A DNA stretch of 64,000 nucleotides. It comes from Squalus acanthias. Lineage: Eukaryota. The position numbers and the translations under genes are program-made. The stretch covers positions 16,492,001-16,556,000 of the forward strand of contig CM059447.1 in assembly GCA_030390025.1 (NCBI GenBank), read 5' to 3'. Of the stretch, positions 27,901-37,863 are shown in pieces. The notes under the pieces were generated by a model that was given only the letters and a program-made list of their open reading frames with translations, ran no database searches and was not told the origin of the DNA. Numbering within the stretch: the stretch's first letter is position 1; every line of letters starts with the position of its first letter.

Positions 27901-28277
27901 AACCTGTAAACCCAAGCACATTCCCTTCAACAACTGAGCAAAATTTCCATTGTGAGCAACATAACCGAATAACTGAAGAACCCAAGCTACATCCCGTGCA
28001 GTGCCAGAGCACAGCTTCTGAGGACACAACAGATAGTAAACTCTCTCTGTTTGCCAACATGGTTCTTGTGCCACATGAAGCTCCTGCTCCATTTCTGAAG
28101 CCCTGTCTTAACCGAGGATCATCCGGAGAAATGCACACATTAGCAGAACAGAACAAAATACGCAGCACTACTGAGGTGAAGATTCTGCACAGTAACCTCG
28201 GACAGACTGACTCCGAATGTAACCAACCATCTGTATTTTCATTTCTTAATACATCCTCTTCTTCACACAGCGTCTGA
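3968..28277 (+). CDS. TEPSIN: AP-4 complex accessory subunit tepsin (ENTH + VHS/ENTH-like domains), 5'-partial, 12 coding exons
   Basis: Exons with GT-AG ends and consistent phases: 3968-4040, 5690-5781, 8891-8984, 13086-13153, 13355-13439, 15834-15905, 18449-18649, 19002-19170, 19885-19998, 21742-21820, 22703-22837, 27510-28277 (total 1950 nt, open to TGA). Translation LPMLMKATSDDEVPCPGYLFEEIAKISHESVGTFQCLLEYLL...GPPDLLHGNALYQRVR...HQPGLPGGGWEE...FIKECGLLNCE...GPGPVTNRSTKILRQF...SVFSFLN matches vertebrate tepsin. The ATG exon was not found and is presumed upstream. Confidence 0.95.
4041..5689 (+). other. U12-type (minor spliceosome) GT-AG intron of TEPSIN
   Basis: 5' site GTATCCTTAC; branch-like TTTCCATAAC at 5665-5674; AG at 5688-5689 with no polypyrimidine tract; the join A|AA restores the K in EEIAKISHES. 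Confidence 0.85.
4200..5520 (+). mobile_element. degenerate L2 fragment inside the U12 intron
   Basis: LLDLFARFDTIEH, IKSWMSRNFL and LTDLHWLPV with frameshifts; decayed tail near 5490-5520. Confidence 0.75.
6250..6428. mobile_element. MITE-like inverted-repeat element
   Basis: TIRs GGGGTAATTTTAACTTTTG..GGTGTAAAATGGGCAATATCG and CGATATTGCTCATTTTACACC..CAAAAGTTAAAATTACTCC; related fragments near 9060-9216 and 16258-16378. Confidence 0.7.
7480..8010 (-). mobile_element. old CR1 fragment
   Basis: Reverse complement of 7861-7915 reads LVRPHLDYCVPF; a VQKKGYK-like remnant follows. Confidence 0.6.
16662..17346 (+). mobile_element. L2-type LINE 3' fragment
   Basis: KTAYFH.RNIARLRPCL..AETLI.AFVTSRLDYSNALL, then LLKTYLF; tail GGCGCTATATAAATATAAG(TTG)n. 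Confidence 0.9.
20570..21295 (-). mobile_element. CR1 3' fragment
   Basis: Minus ORF ALEKVQRRATRLIP...GDLTEVFKIMKG...FFSQIVADLWKKLP. Confidence 0.85.
22998..25378 (+). mobile_element. CR1 LINE, 5'-truncated, ORF2 (end of endonuclease plus complete RT) uninterrupted
   Basis: 755-aa ORF 23012-25279 with KSPGPD, NYRPVSLTS, YLDFQKAFDKVPH, GVPQGSVLGP, KFADDTK and RPHLEYCVQFW; (CTATGTAT)n tail; possible TATAAT TSD; lies in the last TEPSIN intron. Confidence 0.95.
25740..26070 (+). mobile_element. Deu-type SINE (degenerate)
   Basis: GTGCTGCACTGT..GATGAGA and TTGCTGTTTATGGGA..ACTACACTTCAAAA blocks match 42144-42570. Confidence 0.65.
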
Positions 28278-28789
28278 GTTCCTGTGTCAACTCAACCATA
28301 AACCAAAGTGAAGCTAGTATTTCACTTTCACACACAAGTTATTTTCGTTTCTATTCTTGCCCAAACACAAACGTGAACAGAACTATGCCTTATCTGCTTA
28401 TCAAAATCCTGATTTCAGAATCCGGTCTTTGTATACTGTGATGTCAGAGACACAGAACACTAACAAGCAACCAACTTGAGAGCAAAACTGGTTGCTTAAG
28501 ATGAGTCACTATTGAATCCAAATGATGAATTTTGTGCCTTCAAACCAACCACAATGGCATTTTTAAATGTGACTGCATTTAAGGTGGCTGTTTAACATTC
28601 AATTTGTTTGTAAAACCATATTTAATTGCATGTCATACATTCTTCCACAGCGTACTTTAGGAACAATATGTTTGTGGTATGCAAATTGCTATTTTATATC
28701 AATGAAATTGGAAAGAATTTAATATAGATATATTTAGTTTCACATCACATCATATAACGACCAAAGCATGCTTTGAAAGAATATATGAT

Positions 28790-28795
28790 AATAAA
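28790..28795 (+). promoter_or_regulatory. candidate polyadenylation signal of TEPSIN
   Basis: AATAAA about 510 nt after the stop codon; a second AATAAA lies near 29016. Confidence 0.45.
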
Positions 28796-29672
28796 AGCTA
28801 TAAAACAAAAACAGTACAAGTGCAGGTTTCAGTTATTTAATTTTGCTGCCAACTTGTCGTTTTGCCAACTGCTGTGATCATGTTGGTTAGCTGCTTAATC
28901 CAGATGTGTGAAAATGAAAAAAAATCTCAATTCTGAAGACTGTCTGCTTATAACAGGTGTCTGCCTAATCAAGTTGACAAAAAATGGTTTCACTGTGTGA
29001 CAAATGCTGCTGATTAATAAAAGTACCGTTTTTAATGTTGCGTTGAAGGTTGCTGGATCCGACTTTCCTGTTTCACAGCTGTTGTACTCGACACTGGACC
29101 ACATTCTGTGCCAGTGAGATGTCACAGCCAAAGATAAAATGTAATTGTCTTGAATGGTGAAACTCTGAATCGGAGTTTTTGGCGAATGCATGAGGGAAAG
29201 AATGCTAATATGTTGCTAAAGTTTGCCATTTTGGAGCTGCCGACCACATCTTGCCTTTGAGGGGAAGTTTTTCCTTTTTGGACTAACATTTGATTTGAGT
29301 GCCAATGTGTTAAAAGCTAATACAGTATTGTCTTTACATTCAGTTCCTTTTTAATTTTCAAACAATTTGATATGTGCTTAGATCAACAGCAACTCTACTA
29401 CAATAGCTTGCACTTATGTGGCATCTTTGATATATCAAAATGATACAAGGTGCTTCACGAAGGTGGGTGGGGGGGAGAAACACACTGAGCAGAAGTTACA
29501 AAAGTCTGGGGAGGTGACCAAATATCTTGTGGAGGCTTTTGACAGTGGGGAGAGGTAAGGCAAGGCAGAGGGGTTTGGGAGAAAATTCAGTGCTGAACTA
29601 AATTGTTGTGATACCTCATTTCTTCCACTGTGTGCTGCTAGTTCATTTATGTAATGTGTGAATTAATGCATC

Positions 29673-31352
29673 AGTTGTGTAGCTTGCTGAAACTCTGCTA
29701 CCCATTTCCTAACTCGCACCAAGTCCCATTCACTCATTACCCCTGAACTCGCTGACCTACACTGGCTTCCGGTCCACCAACGCCTCAAATTTAAAATCCT
29801 CATCCTCGTATTCAAATCCCTCCATGGCTTCGCCCTTCCGTTGATGTCGTATACATGGATTTTAGTAAGGCGTTTGATAAGGTTCCCCATGGTCGTCTCA
29901 TGAAGAAAGTAAGGAGTTGTGGGATAGAGGGAAATTTGGCCGATTGGATAAGTAACTGGCTATCTCATAGAAGGCAGAGGGTGGTGGTGGATGGAACATT
30001 TTCGGACTGGAGACCAGTTACCAGCGGTGTGCCACAGGGGTCGGTGCTGGGTCCTCTGCTGTTTGTGATTTTTATCAATGACTTGGAGGAGGGGACTGAA
30101 GGGTGGATCAGTAAATTTGCTGATGACACCAAGATTGGTGGAGTAGTGGATGAGGTGGAGGGCAGTTGTAGGCTGCAAAGAGACATTGATAGGATGCAGA
30201 GCTGGGCCGAAAAATGGCAGATGGAATTTAACCCTGATAAGTGCGAGGTGATTCATTTTGGTAGGGCAAATTTGAATAAGGATTACAGGGTCAACGGCAG
30301 GGTTCTGAGGAACGTGGAGGAGCAGAGGGATCTGGGGGTTCATATCCACAGATCTCTGAAGGTTGCCACTCAAGTGGATAGAGCAGTAAAGAAGGCCTAT
30401 GGTGTGTTGGCGTTTATTAACAGAGGGTTTGAGTTTAAGAACCGTGAGGTTATGCTGCAACTGTACAGGACCTTGGTGAGACCACATTTGGAATATTGTG
30501 TGCAGTTCTGGTCACCTCACTATAGGAAGGACGTGGAAGCATTGGAAAGAGTGCAAAGGAGATTTACCAGGATGCTGCCTGGTTTGGGGGGGAGGTCTTA
30601 TGAGGAAAGATTGAGGGAGTTGGGGCTTTTCTCTTTAGAGCGGAGGAGGATGAGAGGCGACTTAATAGAGGTTTATAAGATGATGAGGGGGATAGATAGA
30701 GTGGATGTTCAGAGACTATTTCCTCGGGTAGAGGCAGCTGTTACAAGGGGGCATAACTATAAGGTGCATGGGGGGAGATATAGAAGGGATGTCCGAGGTA
30801 GATTCTTTACTCAGAGAGTGGTTGGGGTGTGGAATGGACTGCCTGCTGTGATAGTGGAGTCGGACACTTTAGGAACTTTCAAGCGGTTATTGGATAAGCA
30901 CATGGAGCACACCAGAGTGATAGGGAGTGTGATAGCTTGATCTTGGTCTCGGACAATGCTCGGCACAACATCGAGGGCCGAAGGGCCTGTACTGTGCTGT
31001 ACTGTTCTATGTTCTATGTTCCCTATCTCTATAACCTTCTCCAGCCCGACAAACCTCCTAGAGCTCTGCGTTTCTCCAATTCTGGCCTCTTGCGCATCCC
31101 CAAATTCGTTCGCCTCACCATTGGCAGCCGTACCTTCAGCTGTCTAGGCCCTAAGCTCTGGAATTTCCTCCCTAAACCTCTCTGCTCCTCTCTCCTTTAA
31201 GACGCTCCTTAAAACCTATCTCTTTGACCAAGCTGTTTTAATATCTCCTTATTTGGCTCAGTGTCAATTTTTCTCTGATTACGCTTCTGTGAAGCGTCTT
31301 GGAACATTTTACAATGGTAAAGGCGCTATATAAATGCAAGCTGTTGTTGTTG
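29673..31352 (+). mobile_element. L2-type LINE 3' fragment, split by the CR1 insertion
   Basis: LADLHWLPV-encoding segment at 29673-29839 continues at 31021 and ends in GGCGCTATATAAATGCAAG(TTG)n. Confidence 0.85.
29840..31020 (+). mobile_element. CR1 LINE, second subfamily, 5'-truncated, inserted into an L2
   Basis: 361-aa ORF 29855-30940 (DFSKAFDKVPH, GVPQGSVLGP, FADDTK); (TTCTATG)n tail; L2 sequence resumes exactly after it, with TTCC duplicated. Confidence 0.95.
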
Positions 31353-32260
31353 TCAGCTTTGCCAATGATACTGGGGCGGAGGAACGGGAAGATGCACAGT
31401 AGCCTTAAGTCAGAAGATCCAAGGCTATGAGCTTTAATGTAAGGAGGTTGTAGATGTTGGGTTTGGTGAATGAGTTTGTGAACAAGGACAATTATTTTCA
31501 AATCAGTGCATTCAGGAGCCAGTGGAGGATGGGGATGATGGAGGAGCAGGACTTCGTAAGGGCTAGGACGAGGGCATTAGAGTTTTTGATGAGTTGGGAG
31601 TTTGTATAGGGTGGGACTGAATGGGCTGGTGAGTAAAATGTTGGAAAGGTTAAGCCTGGAGGTGATGTTGATGAGTTTTGATGTTACTGAGGTTGAAGTA
31701 GGAATGGACGCAGGTGATGTAAGATAGAAATAGGTGGTTTTGATAATATGAAGTGGGATTTGAAGCTCAGTTTGGAGTGAATGGAGGAATCAATGTTGGG
31801 CTTTAAGGAGGGGTTGATGGCAGGTAGTTTTGAAAGGAGATTCATGTCTGTGAAAAGAGATGTCACTATGCTTTGGGCACACAAAAGGCAGTTGAATAGT
31901 CAGGAAAGATAGTTGAATGGTCAGGAGCTGGGTTGTAAGGGGTGTATCTCATGGAGATGAATGATGAGGACTCATGGGAGACATGGAAGTGAAGCATTTT
32001 GTAGGGTTGGAGCTTGGGTAGAGGGAGGGATGGGGCGGGCAGGATAGCTGGTGTGTGAGCAGGAGGATGAGGTAGCCAAGCCAATAGCCCCAATTTTGGA
32101 GATGAAGAATCAATGAGTTTCTCATACCTTACTTTGGAGGTGAGGATAGAGGGAGCGGGGGAAGGTCACCGAAGGAGTTTATGGTGGAGATTTGAGAGGG
32201 AAAGGCATTATTACTGGCAGTGGATTAGACATCAAGTTCAGTTGTGTGCCATGCATGCTC
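31353..32260 (-). mobile_element. old L2-like fragment, reverse orientation
   Basis: Purine-rich mirror of the pyrimidine-rich L2 sequence; minus-strand KIIVLVHK and SSDLRLLCIFP remnants. Confidence 0.55.
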
Positions 32261-35156
32261 AAGCCTGCAGCCCTTGGATTTAAGGTGGCAGTTACATCAG
32301 GGAAGCAGTGGAGGCGAGCTCATGAGGGATCTGCTGAATCAAAAACTGGTCCTTAAACCAAGCACACGTTTTACATTTCTGAAAACTTACTTGCCCAATT
32401 TGATAAAGTTGCTTGTTTCTAATAAAGGATCAAATGCGGTGACCTGTTATAGTGCTGTGTAGAGGCTGTGGCGCATATATCCATAGTAATATCTGTGCAC
32501 ACTAATCTTGTAGTCCTACATATCTGCATCCCACTCCTGACACAGCCCAGATCTCAAAATCTTTCAACAAGCCAATCAGGAATACATAAAAATAGTTACT
32601 CCAGAAATTTACAGGCTGTGTTCCTGCCATACTGGGCCAAATGTAAAGCTCCATTGTGCCTGTATCAAAAGTTTGAGAATGGCAGTGGTGGGGTGGTAAG
32701 ATAAAGATGCACTGGAGCCTAAGAGTCAATTTTGTCATCAGTCTTCTCCACCACTTTTTAAAAAAAAAAATTTTTCAGTAGCTTTTTAAAAAAAACATTA
32801 CTTCTAACATCTCATTTGATTAATTTTTTGCTATTCTTTCACCATTTCTCTCCCACTTTGTCACTTATCTGTACTACCTGTTGATCTTTGCTATTTCCAA
32901 CAATACTGTCCATATATCTTTTCTGCCAGTTGCTGGTGTTAACATGCAGCATCGTTCCTTCTCATTATCCAGTGAGATAAAACAAAGGAATGCTATTTGG
33001 AGAACAGGCTATCCCAATCTTCGTAGCATCAGTGGGATTATATAGTGTTAAAGCTTTATCACTTAGACACGGCGTTGGGGATAGTCCCATATACTAAGGT
33101 TTTTCTTGCCCAGATGAAATAATATTGAATCCCAGTATTGGCAACTAACATCAGCCAGGGCCAAATCAAAAATCAGCTAGGCTGATAATTAGAGGCTTTG
33201 GGGGGTGGCAGGTAAATTTAAGTACTGCTCTCATGATTTTTGGGGTTACTGTAAGCCCGACATTAGCTTCAGAAAACAAATTCACTTGACTCGTGGTCCT
33301 TTTCAGTTTATCTCCGGTTTTCTCTCAAATTTCACCACTCATCATACAGCATTGTGCAGATATAGCCTTATACCCATTGTACATAGATACAATTTTACTT
33401 CAAACATTTTTTCTTCCCTGTAGTATTACGCTTTGCATTACAGCTTTATTGCTAGTTCATTTCAAAGGAAGCTACTTATCAATCGAGCGTTAATTTTTTT
33501 TGACTGTTGCGAGATCATTTTATTCTGCTTGTTGCTCAAAAATATCAAGATCTCTAATATCCTGCAGCTTTTGTCTCCCTTTTCACCATGTGATATTTGT
33601 GCAGGTCACGGTGAAGGACAGGACATTTTCTGACTTTCTGCAGTCAGTTGGTATCAAATGTAGCACGGAGAAGACCGTCCACATCAATAATGTGCCTTAA
33701 ATCCAACTTCACAAGAGTACCTCTTACTGCACCAGCAAGATTTCTATTTTCCAAACCAGCTATCTGCATTGCCTACATGTAACTTAAGTTAGTGTCAGTC
33801 TTTTGGTCAACTATGAATGGCAACTGTATTATGAATCAAACTGCTTCCTTACAACCAAAGAATGCAGTCTCAGGCTGGACTGCATTCAAACCCATATCCA
33901 GAGATGAGGACAATGCACTAAGATCTCTAAGCTCTCAATTTAATTTCCAAACATGTCAACATTAGTATTTATATAATTTTCATACCCAAGTTATGCCTGT
34001 AATTCTTCAATCCATCTGCCATCACACCTCAGCTTTCAGACCTTTTAATTGGGCCCTTTGGCCAGCTACCAGGATGCACAAAGCACCACGTAGGTAACAT
34101 TTACCAATCTGATTTTCTTTTCCTTCCTCCTGTAAGAGAACCACCACCTTGGTTTAGTGTCACTCTGGTCCCCATCAGTAACTGAGCAGTTAACCGTTTT
34201 CCTCCATGACATCAAAGCCAAATTTTTGATATTACAAAAGCACATTTTAATCTCCCTAGCCTCAAAGTGCCTTGGCTAACAATTGATTAAATTATATTCA
34301 AATGTAGCTAGAAGACTACTGCATCCTGTCGGGACTCAAACTGGCCGAATGGCCTCCTGCAACCATTCTATGAAAAAGGATATTGAAGTAAGCATCATAA
34401 TCACTTCGCTACCAGTCTGAAATAGGTTTCCAAAAAGTGCAGAACCAAAGCATCTCAAAGCTAAACATGTTGAAAAAGGGCAACATCATAAAACTGATAG
34501 TGCTTTCAATAACTCTGAAATCAAAGACTGAGTCATCAGAAATTTAGGTAAAATAAATTTTATTTCAAAATTGTTGAAAGCAAGAAATGGATTTCTCTGA
34601 AAAAGAAACTTGAATCTTCTGCAAGAAACAGGTGCATTTTGGCTTTGACAATATGCTCGAGATCTTGAACAGCCATGATCTTTGCTACAGCTTAAATGTC
34701 AGACATAGTCATTTTTAATTCAGAACACTGAATTTGAACTCTAAACTGTGCAAACCCACTTACTGGTATGTTGGTTGAGGGCAAACAAATAAAATAAAAT
34801 CGCCAAACTATCCCCACTGGTTCAAAATTGGTTGATATTCAAGAATCATAAAGTGGCTGGTGTAAACAAACCAAGTTAAATCGCAATGTTTCTGCCTCCC
34901 TATCCACCAGGAACTATTGTCAACCGTTGCAAATTCCACGTTTGAGGCTCCAAATGCACAGTATTCATTATACAGCCAGCTTCCTCTTCACCTGTGGCCC
35001 TCCACAGACATACTGTTCTACTGAGCTCCATTGATGGCCTACCTAACTATGTAATGTTAACAGAGCTAGGATTAAGTGCCACTCCCCACTTTTTCTGCTT
35101 TACAACAAAAAGCAAGGAAATGTAATTGGGGCAAGATTATAACCATTTTAAATACA

Positions 35157-35378
35157 AATGTGAGAAGTCGCACACCAGGTTACAGTCCAACAGCTTTATT
35201 TGAAATCACAAGCTTTCGGAGCGCTGCTCCTTCGTCAGTGAAGTCCTTCACCTGACGAAGGAGCAGCGCTCCGAAAGCTTGTGATTTCAAATAAAGCTGT
35301 TGGACTATAACCTGGTGTTGTGCGACTTCTCACATTTGTCCACCCCAGTCCAACACCGGCAGCTCCACATCATGGCTA
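35157..35378. mobile_element. palindromic Penelope-derived non-autonomous element with hammerhead cores on both strands
   Basis: About 90-bp inverted arms at 35154-35339, centred on 35244-35245; arms match the 3' end of the PLE at 2341-2423; TSD ATTTTAAATACA at 35145-35156 and 35379-35390. Confidence 0.9.
35247..35285 (+). ncRNA. minimal hammerhead ribozyme motif
   Basis: TCAC-CTGACGA-A-GGAGC-AGC-GCTCC-GAAA-GCTT-GTGA. Confidence 0.7.
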
Positions 35379-37863
35379 ATTTTAAATACAGCAAGTGAAA
35401 CAGCTCTTAATTTATTTTTAATAGAATTAGGTACTGTACAATTTATTTTCTTGCTGTCTCTGATGTGTGTGGCCTCCACTTGGTAACTACCCAATGACAT
35501 AATTGAGAACAGGTCACTGCAAGGAACTGCAGGCACAGAACAATACCGGATCACTCAGTGATGCACCGTTGTGCAGCATTTCTAAGAATAGTCCTTAAAA
35601 ATACATCGGTTGCAATTGCGGATCTCAACAAGTTGTTTGTTGTAATACTGTCCTAGATGATCAAAAAGACAACTGTGATATCCGAGTTCTGCCATATCCG
35701 AGTTCTGCCAGAAGAAACTAACTTCCATAAACTAAAAATAATTGTTATCAATACAGCATTTTACCTGTAGACCAGAAGCCCAACTCCTGCGTTATCCATC
35801 AACATATGTACTAGTTTGGAGATAAAGTGCAGCTCAAATGTAAAGTCAATTGTTCCAGATTTAAATTGATCAGTGATTTATTGAAAAATAAAACAGAGTG
35901 CAATTAGACTGTAGAACCCACCCACCAACCCTAAAGGACAAATTGATGCATTTATTGATCAGTAAACCACTGCTCGTAATTAACAGACATATTTTAGCAG
36001 AGTCAAGCTGCTTCCGCAATCCAGGAATGGACAACTTAAGAGCAAGTTGTCCAGAATCGTATACCTTAAAATTCGGGATAAATTTCTCCAAACTGAACCT
36101 GATCTTCAGTGCAAGTGGCATATAAAAAGATAGGGTTGTAGGTAAGAAAAAAAAAGCACACAAAGAGTCTTGGATATCAATACCTGATCTCATGGCTACT
36201 TAGTGCCCAAGATTTTATGAAAGCTACTGTTCATGTACTGTGGACTTCCACATCACTGTATTCTTGATTGTATTTCAAATGATCTCATTAATTTTATTGA
36301 ATGTAAATGGTTACAATAATTTTGTACTCACTTCTGAAGGTTAAACTTGGTAACTATAGGCTTACAAATAAAATAAAATCTCAGACTCTAGAACAAATTT
36401 AAAAAAAAATCCCTGACAAAGAACAAATTCCCAGCCCCATTCCAAATCAAGAGTCAGGCATGTGCACCCTGAGGCTTTCACGAGTAATTAGGAATGTCAT
36501 CAACTGTGTCATACCTGTGTTACAATTTTACCCAATCTCAACACATAAATAACTAAAAATAGAAGACAGTTATTTTAATCTTTTTTTCTTTTTGCCACTC
36601 CCCCCACCCCCCACCTCCTACAAATGTGACTCCTTGCTAGGATACAGTTCCAAAGACATCCTCTGGTACCTCACCTAGCTGTCAGCAGCCGAGTTGACCA
36701 CAGGGGTCACTGCAGCTGAACCTCATGCTGCGCTTTGCTTGAACCTGTCCCCACATGCACATTTCCAGCAGGGGTTGTCAGATAATCAGTAGAACCCATA
36801 CTGCGGTCCCAACCGAGACCGACTAACAGCGCAGAGCAGGGATCGAACCTTTGTGGTCTTATGGCTCAGCTATTCACAATCCACTCACTGAGCCATCAGG
36901 GAAGCTCACAACAGCCATTTGAAAGTGTCACACCAATTACAGTTACATGTAAAAGCTGCAAAATACAGACGTCTGGAAACTGCTTACAACTGTAGCCACA
37001 ATTTTTACGCTGTATTTGCATTTAAGGACATGTTCAGGTTTAGTACAGGTTAAGATGATCTGTACCAAATGCAACCCCAGAACTATATAGTCTAGGATTA
37101 ACAGAACCCATCTTGACTTTTCTTTTGGTTAAACAGGTTCTCAGATCTAATCTTTTGTACCAGCCTGATAGGAAACTCCAAGTTTACAGCCTAGATCTGC
37201 ACCAGAGACAAGACATCAGTTTTTACTCCAGTAATTATATAAACTCCACTATCTGCTTCATTCTCTGAAGGACAGTTGCAAATTCACAGTAACTGGAAGT
37301 TTGCAGCTTAGCATTAGAGGGGCTCAAGGAAAAACTGGTTGTAAAATACCAGGGCAACTGCTGTAAGCCTAGTGCAGTTCAGATCATTTTTAAAACACCT
37401 TCAATCTGGTTGTAATCCAGATTCATATCACTTTTTAAAATGCACTGGGAATGCAAAAAAGCTTCTTAGACCAAGGTGACTCTACTGCGTATGAAAAATA
37501 AATGCCTTCTTGTCGTTTCTTCATTACAAAGCAATTTCAACAACTATTGTCTCAACAGTACTGGAGGACTTTGCTCATTTGCAGACTAATTCCGTAGAGA
37601 ACAGATTTAGTGAGTTAGAATTGTGCCAGACAGGGTAAATGAAGCAATCAAGGCTACAGTTGTGCTATTATAGTCCCCACAATTTTGATATTACATTTGT
37701 CCAAGGGCATTTAAAGAGTGAAGAGATGGTAATTTTTTTAACCAAATGGAGCAAAAAGGGAAAAGATTGTGCAATTTAAATCATCTAAGTACAAACATCC
37801 ACTGCAAAAGATTACATTTACAGTCCCTGTCCTTCATTGAAGGCACACAGTCCCACATTCTGG

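Noticed and set aside
33605-33700. Possible terminal exon (VTVKDRTFSDF...*)
   Set aside because: No recognisable homology and no partner exons.
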